A stretch of 64,000 nt of DNA. Origin: Nitrospirales bacterium (GTDB lineage: Bacteria > Nitrospirota > Nitrospiria > Nitrospirales > UBA8639). This document shows, piece by piece, positions 10,519-23,025 of this stretch (position 1 is the first letter of the stretch; each line of letters begins with the position of its first letter). The stretch spans positions 864,001 to 928,000 of the forward strand of contig CBDBCZ010000014.1 in assembly GCA_965203295.1 (NCBI GenBank), in the 5' to 3' direction. A model generated the notes under the pieces. The model worked only from the letters and a program-made list of their open reading frames with translations, was not told where the DNA came from and searched no databases. Made by a program: the position numbers and the translations under genes.

Positions 10519-13500
10519 ATAGAACCATCATGTAATATTTCCTATAAACAGTGTCCAACATTACAGCTGAGGCACATCACATGACAGTCATACATGCTCT
10601 AACATATTGCATGTATAGCATTGATTGTATGAATGGTACTGTAGACACAGACTCTCCTTTCTAGATAAACATGTGGTCTACAGTAGAATGTAGTATGCAA
10701 CATGCTTTGTATGCAAGTAAGTTCCATCATGCACCTGCCCATGCTGTTGACCAAATGTGTAACTAACACACATACATGTACGTACGAAGGTACGTACATA
10801 CAAAGTATATACAGGTTTATACTGGCAGTTTGAAGTGATTTTCTTTAGCATTTCTACTTCCGATATCCTTTCTTGCAAACGATTTTCACATGATTCCAGG
10901 TGCTCCTCCATAGAAACATAGCTATGTATGTAAAACATTGTATACATTACTTCGAAACTAACTGTGAAAGCACCACAACTACATGCAACATGAACAGTTA
11001 ACATGCAATGATTACTATGCAGCAGAGAGTAATCCAAAACTAGTAAAGCCTATTACAAGCTAAGATGGAAATGTGCGTGTGTGTTTCATATGCATGATAC
11101 CCATGCAGCCTTGACAGGGATAGTTCAGAGCTCTATGCAGTCTCTAGAATAGTCAGTATTTCTGCTCTGTTTTCCACATAATTTACATACCTCAGATCTT
11201 TAGCCATTGGGTTCTTCTTGTAAGCAGCCAGTTCTTTCCTTAGTTCAGCTATAACAGCATCTTTTCTTTGGCTCTCAGACTCAAACAGAGCCAGCCTACA
11301 GACTCTGTCCGTTAGACACTGCACTTGCACTTGATAATCCTGTAAAACGTGGCATGTAGTCTGAATATGTATGTAACTGGTAATTTCAGAATACAGTACA
11401 CAAACTTGAAAAGCAGATACATGTATGTACATAGTCAGCTGTGTACATACATGTACATGTACATAGACTAACCATCTTTTCGAGTGTATATAGCAAGTTT
11501 TCCAGCAAGGAAAATAAACCACTTAATACAAAATGTGCATCACAATAATGTGTTCTACGACACCAAGAGCAACTATCCTGTGCTATCTATTTTGGCATGC
11601 ATGTAGGAGAGGGGTGTAACTAGAATGACATTCCATGAGTAAAACATACCTTCTCAATGAGGGCATCATATATACGTAGCAAAGAGTTGCTTTCAGAATC
11701 CTCTCCTGCTCTTGCCCTTTGTTCCACAGCATCCAGTCCTAAAACAGGACCAAGAATAACAATACGTACACACATAATATTATACAGTAGTAATCATAGC
11801 AGGCTTATGGTACTGTATTGCATTGCAATTAACGAGCTCGCGAGTCAGCCATCACCTATACAAGTTTACGCTTGCGAGCCAGCCATCACCTACGGACTCG
11901 CAAGCCAACCCTTCGGCGACGGGGTTGGCAGAGTTCTGCAGAACTCTTCCTATGGCTACCAAGAGCGCATAACTGCACAGCACTAGCTAGCCAGATGCCT
12001 AACCAAAAGGTTCGCTGAATCATAGACATCAGTCACCACGTGGACGTTATTAACATCTATGGCTGAATAAATATTAGGTGTTTACGGTGTATGAGCCACG
12101 CCCTCTTCCACGGATTCCGAAAATTATTATACGTGCAGGTTAGCTGTCCAAGAAGAATCGATCGTAAATCAAGACCTACGAGAGAGGCAAGTGTTTAATA
12201 TCCTATGCTTCTGGTGCTCGAATGCCAGTAGGCTCTAAATATGCGCACCAGTGGGCAGACATGACCAGTCTAATTGGGGTCCTATGTTTAATAGCGGTTG
12301 CACTCACCGTACGTTATACTTCTCAAGTGGGTATCCAACTGAATGAACGCCGCTGGAATGTCACTGCAACTATGAATTTGTGTAGTGGTTCATGCGCTCC
12401 TGATATTATGTGGCATCATTGACATAACACAATCTAGTGAACAAATTGATCTTGGAGACCAAAATTTTCGGAATATTGGTCTGGGCAGACCATTTCTTCC
12501 TGAAACTTTTGATCTCCCCACGAAAATAATAATCCGACCATGTTGGAACTGTTCCACGAGCGAATTCCACCTGCTACTGTCTTCCGCACTAGACTACTAC
12601 AATGTGGTGGATAGCTACAATAGCCTGCATTGTAATAGCGAATGTATTGGCATGTTTTGTTGTCTTGGGCGACAGCTAATGCCAGAAGCCTCAAATTCAC
12701 TATGACCAGTACCATCGAGAAAGATTCCTGCATCAATGTACCTCATACAGCATTATTTAGCAACACTAGATGGCACTGTAGCAGATGTGAGAAGTAGTAT
12801 ATTTGCAGATATTCAGTTAAATTGCTTAATAATAACTATGCCATAGTACATCCAAAGGGGGACCAACATTTTCAAGGTAGGACGTGTAGGACCTACTGTG
12901 CTGAAAGATTCAAAATTGGCAACTCTGCTGGAAGATGTAGCTGGGGGGGGGGGGGGGGGGGGGTCAGTTTTCCAATAGAAATTTTGGTCCTTTGACCATT
13001 TCTTTCAGGACCAAGATTCCAGACACATCTGGATTTCAGTTGGAACTTAGCAGCTTTAAATTTGTTTCTACAGGTATTATAATAATGTGTATTTAAAGTG
13101 TGTGCAACTTGCTGTGTGGGTATAGATTTCTTAAATGTACAGCTTTACTTGCATCGTCAGAATGTTTAAGCGTCAGTCATATCATAGCCATGCAGCTTTT
13201 CTGTGATGAGTTGCCTCCTTTCAAACAATGTTCACAGCAGGCAAGTACTGAATAACTGTAAATGTGATTCTGCTATTGCAGGTCAATGTAACTTCATTGA
13301 TGTTTTTCAACTACCATGACCACAAATGAAGATAAGGTGCCTCACAGCAGCAGTGCTTCACCCTCAGCTCCAGAAGCAGTATCCCTACGACACAGGTGTC
13401 AATTTTTTTAGTTTTGTTCAATACTATTTGCATGTATGCACAGTAGGTATTACATGTACATCGCAAACTCTTCAGCTTTCAGCTGAGCTACTTGCTATGT

Positions 13501-14490
13501 ACATGTACAAGTAGATGTAGCTGTAGACATGTCCATGTTCATGTCAATTCTATACTGGAGGATGAATTGTAATTGCAAAAGGTTGTCACAGAAACGTGTA
13601 TGTAGCGTGTAAACACTGCAAATCAGACAACCTGTAAAAAATATGGACAGAATCTCCAAATTATGTGCAACTGCTAGCAACATTACAATATTGCCAGAGT
13701 AATGACTCTTGAGTGGTCAGCTAGCATAGAGTGATAAGTGTGGCTAGGCCTTAGTGTGAGATCATTATGGAGTATGTTGCAGAGCAGACCTGCACATCTG
13801 AACACTTGATTAGACCTCATCAGTTATCACCGACTTTGAGTTTACTTTACTTTAGCTGTCTATAGCACAACTACTGCTAACACATACCAGTGACTACCAC
13901 CTATTAACAAAATCTATCTTAGTCACAGTCTGTTACACATGCATGCGTATCGGCAACTGCCGTCAGCCAGTGATGTGTATTTTTTGGATGCAGTTGATAG
14001 CAGAGAAGCAGCCTCAAGCAACGTTTTGCTTTCTTCTTTTTCATTTAGCCCATTTTAATACATGATGAGACAACTGTATCAGATCCCAGTTCTCCACACC
14101 AAGGAAGGAATACTCACGGTAGGTTTGGTTTGTTGTAAAGTAAGTCTGCACTATTGGTTTTATTTGAGTTGGACATTCAATACCATTATTTTTACAGTAC
14201 TTCTGAAATTTTTATGATAATATATGTAATTATTATTTCAGTACATCTGGAATTTCTGTGGGCCATATGAGTATTATGTTTCCAAAATCTGGTCATACAT
14301 GTGCAGGAGGGTTGAGCCCCCCCCCCCCCCCCCCCCACACACACCACACACACACAAAAGCAACCTGGATTGATGTTAAAATTTCCTTCACACCAGTTGG
14401 TACCCATCTAGTGTCTAGTGCAACGTAGCCTTGTTTCCACACACGCACACACACACACTTTTAGTAGCTGTACCCACCCCTGATGTGACA

Positions 14491-15945
14491 CTCGTTAATT
14501 GCATTCACCCAATGTACCATAAGCCTGCTATAGTTACTACTGTATATGTGTGTACATATTGTTGTTCTTGGTCCTGTTTTAGGACTGGATGCTGTGGAAC
14601 AAAGAGCAAGAGCAGGAGAGGATTCTGAAAGCAACTCTTTGCTACGTATACATGATGCCCTTATTGAGAAGGTATAGTTTTACTCATGGAATCTCATTCT
14701 AGCTACATCCCTCTCCTACATGCATGCCAAAATAGATAGCACAGGATAGTTGCTCTTGGTGTCGTAGAACACATTATTGTGATGCACATTTTGTACTAAG
14801 TGGTTTATTTTCCTTGCTGGAAAATTTGCTGTATACACTCGAAAAGATGGTTAGTCTGAGTGGGCCATCAGCCTGTTCTGATCATTGGCCCTTACTTACA
14901 TACACATGTACATGTATGTACACACTGACTATGTACATACATGTATCTGCTTTTCAAGGTTTGTGTACTGGATTCTGAAATTACCTGTTACGTACATATT
15001 TAGATTACATGCCACGTTTTACAGGATTATCAAGTGCAGTGTCTAACTGACAGAGTCTGTAGACTGGCTCCGTTTGAGTCTGAGAGCCAAAGAAAGGATG
15101 CTGTTATAGCTGAACTAAGGAAAGAACTGGCTGCTTACAAGAAGAACCCAATGGCTAAAGATCTGAGGTATGTAAATTATGTGGAAAGCAAGGCAGAAAT
15201 ATTAAAGAGACTGCATATAGCTCTGAACTATCCCAACTCTGTAAAAGCTGCGCATGGGCATCATGCATATGAAACACACACACACATTTTCCATTTTAGC
15301 TTGTAATAGGCTTTACTAGTTTTGGATTACTCTCTGCTGCATACTAATCATTGCATGTTTAACTGCTCATGTTATATGCAGTTGTGGTGCTTTCACAGTT
15401 AGTTTCAAAGTAATGTATACAATGTTTTACATACATAGGTATGTTACTATGGAGGAGCACCTGGAATCATGTGAAAGTCGTTTGCAAGAAAGGATATCTG
15501 AAGTAGAAATGCTAAAGAAACAGGTCTGTATCACTTCAAACTGCCAATATAAACCTGTCTATACTTTGTAAGTATGTATCTTCGTACGTACATGTATGTG
15601 TGTTTATTGCACATTTGGTCAACAGCATGGGCAGGTGCATGTTGGAACTTACTTGCATATCCACATTCTTCTCTTGTAGGACAAGATTGGAGTGATTGAT
15701 CCTATTTTTGCACCGAGAAAGGCCAGAAGGAGAGATATAGCGTGCACTGGTCCATGATCAGAATGTATGCATGCTGGGACCAAGCAGAGCTGAGTGATGA
15801 ACATATGTACATAAGTAACATCTGTTTTTTTTCTTCACTAATGTCACTTTCCGTTCACTAATTGTTGGATTGTCCTGATTTTCAACTAGAATGCACTGGA
15901 TGATGTACTTTGATGTCATCTCAAGTTTGGTTACAACCGCTTGAT
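14491..15945 (+). pseudogene. Inverted partial duplicate (copy B) of the coiled-coil gene; exons 14583-14671, 15025-15167, 15439-15523, 15680-~15805
   Basis: Reverse complement of 10710-11836 joined to the reverse complement of ~5805-6019. The fourth exon has in-frame TGA codons where copy A has TGT and GAA. Confidence 0.85.
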
Positions 15946-16939
15946 AAATACTGGAGATAATTATAAACCATGCAGTGAACTGTGCCCAATTGCCGTAGAC
16001 AATGTATTAGGGGGAGCAATGTTTGGCACCCCTACTACAGTGTCTGTAGAAAGTGGACAGAATTCACTAGTGCATAACTTTGGAACATAACAATTACAGT
16101 GCAATCAAACTTGAGATAACAACTCAGTATACTAGCTTTCTAATACCATATTGTATGTCATTTGTCTGCCGTGTTTGAATCAAATCATTATTCATTAATT
16201 TCCCTTCATTCAGTGCTGACTGGTAGATGGTACAGATTTCAGTCTTCATGGAATGCTATACAGTTATTCATATCACCTTCCTCCCCTTTTTTCACTACAT
16301 GGCTAACCCAGACTGGAATAAGAAAAACCCTGAGAACCAGGCAATTAAGCACTGCTACATATACTGATTATAGTCTTGTAACTGTGTGTAAATATAGGAA
16401 ATTTAATTAGCTAAGAGTATTTCTCAATAAGGTAATTTATGAATACCACAATGGTCTGCCAAACTAATGTACCCAAGTACCATTAATCAGCATTGTGCTG
16501 TATCTATGCCCTTGCTTGGCCTGTTACCCTGTGTGATCTGTGTATACTGTAGTGATAACATGCTGCCAATGGCGCATGCACTGAATGCCTTAGGCTGTAT
16601 TTTGTCTCAATTAATTGCCAGACAAAATGAGTGAATTGCATTTCCAAGGCAGTGAAGCGAGCAATAAGTGAACCAAGAAATCAGCAAATAGAGAATCAAG
16701 TGAAGCCTTAGACTGAGTGTGTATGGAGTACCACATGTGCTAGGCTATTTTGTTTATTCATGCAGTGATATTAATTTTGCATAGCTGATGACATAGTATC
16801 CAGACACACATAATATAAGAACTATAGCACAGTACAGTCACAGATACAATAATTATATGACTTAAAACTGCTATAGCTGTTTCGAAACTCAAAAGTGAAA
16901 ATTGGTGACTATGGAGTGCAAGGTTTCCTAATCAGTGCT

Positions 16940-17260
16940 GCTTCACTTCCCACTCACTGTCTAGTAGTAATGTAGGATATCTCTCAGCATCCAAATTATT
17001 GACTTTATACGTTTGCATCTATCCCTCCTGCCTTTCAAAGATTCTAACCCCATATCCCCCTACTGCTTCATTGCACGTTTTAGAAGAGCAGCCAAGTATT
17101 TTCTAGCTGCTCCTAGCTGAGTAGATTCCAAGGAAGCTGTCTGCCTTTTATTACAAGCCCACACTATTCTAAGTAGGACTAAGTACCGAAACTAGCAATA
17201 ACCTTCTTGCAACTGTACTAATATTCCTATAACTTAAAAACCTACGTACTTGATTCAATT
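16940..17260 (-). mobile_element. Fragment of the same LINE family as 6950-8130
   Basis: Shares tactgcttcattgcacgttttagaagagcagccaag and tagattccaaggaagctgtctg with 7672-7760. Confidence 0.8.
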
Positions 17261-17378
17261 TTCTCTCCTATATTCATTGTATCTACCTGCACACTACCTG
17301 AGACCAGCAACAAGCTGTAATCTGCAACTATATAATTAATGACAGAATTCTGCTTCATACAAGGCTATACGTACATAC

Positions 17379-20200
17379 CTTACTGAATGTCAGCACGTGT
17401 TCTTCTTGCTGCAGTATGGTTGAGAGAGTATGGCATACTCTGCACCCCAGTGGTCACGCTTGGTGACTGTAGTAGGCCTATAGAATTGATTGTTGTCATA
17501 TTTTCAATGTCAGCTATTCAGTCCTGACTTCTAAAATTAGGGTATATAACCAAGGAGAGTAGCCAACATCAAGTGTGCATGCTGCTGGCTGCTATAGCTA
17601 AGTGCTGGTGGCTACTTGATATGTATTCATAAACTAGATACTTTGAGTGGAATCTATTATCTACAGCTAATAGTTTGAGATGACATAATCACTGTAGCCT
17701 TAAGCACTAGACTCTGGGAGAATAGCGGTTTGTGCGGATTTCAGACAAGTGCAAGAAAGAGTGGGGAATTGTTCACAGGAATATACGAGCGGGTTGCACA
17801 CACTCTCAATAAATGAAAGAGTGACTATTAGTGCTATTGCTATAGCCTGCCAGACACCATTACAGCACATATGTTGCAGGGTTTCATACACAAAGTAAAA
17901 GTTCCCACAAAATGGTGAAGGCGAGTCTAATTTTTTTTTTCACCTCGGGAGCATTATTTCTTACTTCAAGTAGAACAGCAGATCTTGGCAATAAAGTTGC
18001 AAACATTCTCCCAAACATTAATTGTTGCCTGAGCCTTTGGTTATTGGTTGTCCTAAAAAAGGGCAGTATTATTTATACCTCACACCATGAATCTTGGATA
18101 AATGTGTTGGAAACAAGAATACTCGTCAAGGGGTAGTTCCCAAGCATCTACCCTCAAGATATTGGTGTCAGCTTTAGCTATAAATTATCGGAGAGTTATT
18201 TCTCAGACCGAGTTGATGTACCCCAGAATATACTTCAGACACTGAAGTAGTATGTAAGAATATTAGCTAAAGAAATACTTGACCTTGAAATAGAGAAGGA
18301 TAGTTCAACAAAAGTCATGCCACTCTCGCTAGCTGTCCTCTTTAGTGGTTTCCTGCTAGAGTTCAGGCTCTCCTGACGACTGCAGAGCACCAATGAAAAC
18401 ATTATTGATGAACTTCCCATACAATCAACGGTAGATGTATTATAAATGCGTTACTCTGTAAACATGTACACCATATTTCGTTACCTTACAACATTGCATT
18501 TTCTGCATGGAATGCCATGACGGTAGACACTATCAACCAGTTGAGTGCACAGCATGCCCACACAGGCTCTCTGATCTTGGTCACTAGCTATATGCACGTG
18601 CTTGCTAACCAAATAACTATACATGAAGATAAGAGTTTTGAATGCTACCTACAGGTTCGTAGTTACTGTAGAAGGCAGACATTAGACTGAACTTATTACT
18701 ATAGCAGAAGTCTGATTAATTAGTCCTGAGGTGGCAGCTGTTCATGCACTCATGTACAAAGGAAGGTCTCCAGTGGTTACTTTGCTGTCACAGACTTGGT
18801 AGCTATTGCTATTTATCGTGATTCAAGTACACATCATAGCAACATTGCAGGGAATGCAGTTTTGTTGGTGATTCAATTTCAAACCAGAAGGCTTGTTATA
18901 GCCTTCTGGTTGATTAAGGAATTAATCATCCAAACACTCCTCTACGTATGGACATTTGGGTGAGAGATTTGCCTATCTACGGTTTAGAGATGCTCACACA
19001 ATCTGGTGGTAATGTTTGGTAGCAGTTCCAAATGTTGCACCATACGTATCCTTAATAGGACAGTATCCACCATACCTACAGAAGAAAAAAAAAGGAAATT
19101 TGCCTTATTCCAAGGCTCTCCCCGGCCAATGAATTCCAAACTAATGGCTGAAGCATTTTCTTGTGAACTGGAAACTACCACCTCAGTCTGTGAATTGGTA
19201 CTAACTGATAAAACTGTATTGTACATTTAACAAATCTGTGTGTGGCACTAATCCCAAATAAACCCAAACCTCTAAAATACAGGCATATGGTTCAAGATTC
19301 AGGGTACAATAAATCTTATAGGGGTTAATGTGCTGATTTTGGAAACTGGCTTATGAGCATACCTGGTAACCCACCTCATGTTGCTGATGAGGTTTAGTTT
19401 CTGAATTGAATTAGTGCGTTTACACATCCATGTATATCGAGTTCTTTTTAAACGGAATCCTGAAATGCCTAAACAGAGCTCATGAATTCATAAAAGGCAA
19501 TGCACAGTACAGTTGATAGATCGCACAAATGACAAGCTATTAAGCAATGCAGGGAAAGATCAATCCTGGCACTGTGTGGGTTCCATCTCAGGATTATATC
19601 TAGCACACTATCCATTAGAGCGCTCTTCAACTTGATGTTCGAGTCTAAATATTAAAGCTTATATATACTTGATAATGGAACAGTGGAACGTTAGCTGATG
19701 TAGCTACAGGCGCTAGTGTGGCCCAAAAAGCAGCATTCAGCTACTTAGTAGAGCAGCTAAGGTTTGTGTATCTGTCCCCATCTTGCATGAAATTACGCTG
19801 GAAATCAGACAGCAACCTTACCAATAGTTTGAAGAGTGAAGTCATGCAGCCAGCCCAGGCTTGGATCAGACCATCCCCACCACCCAGATTAAGGATTGGA
19901 CTAGTCTCGTTCCCAGCTCACAACCAAGGCGAAGGATACTAAAGCGGTGTTAGCCTTAGTTTTGCGCTGGTAACGAGAAAACGACCTGACCCAGAAATAT
20001 AGCAGTCGGATACTCTCACCCATAATTTAAGCTACTTTTGCCTCAGGCAGATGAGCGGCAGTATCTGTTCCACTTACCCTGGGATATGACTGTCAGAGCA
20101 ACCTACTGAAGACCCTGTAACGTTTGGCAACACGTCCAATCAACCGTTCCTCGTCGCGTACGCTCGCTCCTAGCTAGATCGTGCGTACGTAAGCTTACCT
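17379..20200 (-). pseudogene. Decayed multi-exon gene of unknown family, head-to-head with the NPHP3-like gene
   Basis: Several gt/ag-bounded protein-like segments, some with stops: VRDEERLIGRVAKRYRVFSRLL*QSYPR (~20078-20165), DSNIKLKSALMDSVLDIILRWNPHSAR (~19565-19645), RTTNNQRLRQQLMFGRMFATLLPRSAVLLEVRNNAPE (~17944-18052), AYYSHQA*PLGCRVCHTLSTILQQEEHVLTFSK (~17379-17477). Family not recognised. Confidence 0.4.
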
Positions 20201-20295
20201 GTAGCTCCTTGAGCCCCGCCCCCATTCCTAAATTGCTCTCGTGATTGGTACATGTGAGTCTTGCCCAGCCACGTCGCCTTATATCTAGCTAGCTC
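20200..20295. promoter_or_regulatory. Putative bidirectional promoter
   Basis: CpG-rich patch with a GC box (gccccgccccc ~20213), ATTGG/CCAAT (~20244) and ccacgtc, between divergent exon-like segments. Confidence 0.4.
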
Positions 20296-20595
20296 AAGTT
20301 ATGACTGACAGTCCCCTTCATCTTGGATACCTAACTCCAGGCAGCCAGGAAAGGCCATCTTGTGCGGCAGAAATTCGGGAAGACTTCCTCGGTGCCTTAT
20401 CCCGTGTGTTGGACGAGCTAAGCGGGCTTGCCGAGACTCGCTGTTTTGAAGTGCTCTGCATGCGACGAGACGGTCCTGACGATACTGGGGGTGAAGTGTC
20501 TAGACGAGGCTATGTACCAACAGGCACAGCACTTTTCTCCAGGTACGCGGTGGAAAAGAAAATTTACCCTTGCTCTAATCACATGCTATTTTACT

Positions 20596-21135
20596 AGTCT
20601 CTCGGGCTAGACTATTTTAACGAGGGAGGAGTGTAATCTGGTGACTATTGCCGCAGTTTCGTTCCTTTATGCAAATTATGTAACTACTGTAGGGCGTCAC
20701 ATAAGGGAGTGTATAGTACTTTATAGCGAAAAGCATGTTATGTCGTTAGTCTTGCAAGCCAGTTGATCTCACGAAAGGTGATCTTGTGTGTAACAGAGTT
20801 TCTTGCCTTTTAAACTTCACATGAAACACTAGCAAGTAGCATAGCGAGTTACCGCTACACTGAAGGCTCACAACACGTCTCTCCCTTGTACAAATCACTT
20901 GACCACTGTAGTTCCAGCTTTGGACGTAGCTGCATGAGTGTATTCGAAAAGCTTTATAGCTTTAGATTGCAGCACAAACTCGGCTCTTAGAATAGCAGCA
21001 GACATCTTGGTCATGTGACTACTCACCAACATTAATTTTCTTCCAACATTTTGGCGGATGCAATGAAATGCTGGCAATAGTCACCAGACCATACTCCCCC
21101 CCCCCCCCCCCAAAAAAAAATTGTCTGGCCTACGT
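20596..21135. mobile_element. Degraded MITE
   Basis: Inverted 16-mer tctggtgactattgcc (~20637) / ggcaatagtcaccaga (~21073), with outer tagtct..gctagac / gtctggcc ends. Confidence 0.5.
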
Positions 21136-23025
21136 TTACCCATAGATAATGTCGACTCCGGGATGTTATGGAGTCTAAATTATCTATAGATTACCCCTAT
21201 AGACAGGAGTGCGAGGTAAATGGTTATTGAACTTTGTTTTATTGAGGGTAGCTAGCTTCATAATGTTGCTACTATACCACATGACCTAGCAAATACCCGA
21301 ATTTAATTACTCTCTATTTAAGTCACCTACTTTTGGGAATGGTTTAAAAGCCTCTGGATGATCTGCACAGTCTAGTCACGGGAGTGTATGTATAATCATT
21401 GCATACACGTAGTACACTGGTCTACAACTACACGTATCTGCAATGCAAGAGGTGATCAGTGACAAATTGATGCCACCCAGACATAAATACATGTACTTCA
21501 AACCATTTTGCAGTCATGGCGAAATATAGTACAGCTACGTAGGGTTGGTACAGTTTTCCACTATTACAGGTTATTCTCCTATATACGAATAAAGTTACAG
21601 AAAAGCACTTTGCCAAACAGTGCAAAACAAGTCATGTAGGGATGAAGAAAATGCTTCCCCAAAACCAAGTGACAATGCAAATCACAATGTATGCACACCA
21701 CACATCACAGTGCAATGCATTTTCAACTGGGATGAGCATTTTAGCCATGATATCTATCCATGAATTTTGTTGCATTTGTCAGGGATAGCAAACCATTGGA
21801 TGCAAGTTTCTAGGGCAGCCTTAATATTGAATTAAAAGGGCTGCTGTGTCATTTTTTCTTATAATGTATATGCATACCTACTCTTCTGTGTGTGGTACAT
21901 ACTTGTACAGATGATGCTCTACTGTGGTAAAGTTGGCAAACCTCCAAAGAACCCTACCAAGTTGCATGATTGTTTCATGTCTTGGCTCAGCAAGCTCTCC
22001 ACTCATCTGGAACCACCAGGAGCAGAGATAGCTGTCATCATTATCGACAATGCTGATCTTATCATGGTATGTATACCTGTATAATATTATATGCATGTAT
22101 GATTCATGAAAACTGATTTTTGACCTTTTGCTGAGCAGAGCTCAGTTGTTGGTTTATGATGTGGGTAGTTTGAAGTACATGTGGGTGAAGGGTACTGACT
22201 CCATTCCATGCACAATGTCGTGGTTACTCTTGCGTATGTAGTAGGTATTTACTTACAGGACTATATAGCCATTCACTGCCATTGACCATGCATGCAGCCG
22301 CATATGCAGACAGAACTTCAAAGATCTCCATTCAGAGAACAAGAGCAAGTGCAAGGGGATGTTTCATTATCCTGATTACCATTAATACTGTAATTTTAGC
22401 TTATCTCTCTGTCATTATGGGTGTGATGTCACACACGCATGAGTGGGCAAAAAATATACAAGAAGACATGAGTACTGTATACGTAATACATTGAATGCCG
22501 GAATGCTTTGAAAACCTGCTATGATGGTGCACTTTGAGTACACTTATCAAAACTCACAAAGAATTTCATATTGGTAATGCATCAAGTCGTAATTGAGTAG
22601 GACTACCGTGTTCCTCACTCAGGACTGTGAACAGCAGTTGAGTTGGATACTTCAGAGCCTTCCAAACAACATAAGAGTGATTCTGACTGCTAGTGAGGAC
22701 AACTATCCAGACTCTTGGAGGTGAGGAGTGTGTATTAAAGATTACTGTCAGTTTTGTAGACTGTATTTACCCAAGCGTACTTCAAATAGGTATTCTGTAC
22801 ATTCGTACGTATACGTTCCTGCTACAGGGCACTCCCCTCCCCCAGTATGCCAACACCTACCAGCACTGATATACAGGAAGTAATTTAGCAAATGCAGATG
22901 AACAGTAATACCAACATGACCATGGAGCAGGTGTGTCATCTATGACGTAGCTTGCATCAAACTATTCATTTTGCAAGGCTGTGTGTGGTTTGGTGGCTAC
23001 GTTGATTGTATTTCTTTTCATGCAG

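Larger units (their letters stand above)
5920..11738 (-). pseudogene. Spliced coiled-coil / Cys-rich gene, copy A (exons 11650-11738, 11191-11339, ~10840-10921, 5920-5997); possibly the 5' part of the Ig gene
   Basis: Phase-compatible gt-ag exons: GLDAVEQRARAGEDSESNSLLRIYDALIEK / DYQVQVQCLTDRVCRLALFESESQRKDAVIAELRKELAAYKKNPMAKDL / YVSMEEHLESCENRLQERISEVEMLKK. Relative to copy B, the third donor is deleted and the fourth exon has a 49-nt deletion. Confidence 0.7.

Noticed and set aside
12222..12705. Overlapping ORFs with a hydrophobic N-terminus downstream of a ccacgccc box
   Set aside because: No recognisable domain and a frameshift is needed to join them; cannot be supported as a gene.
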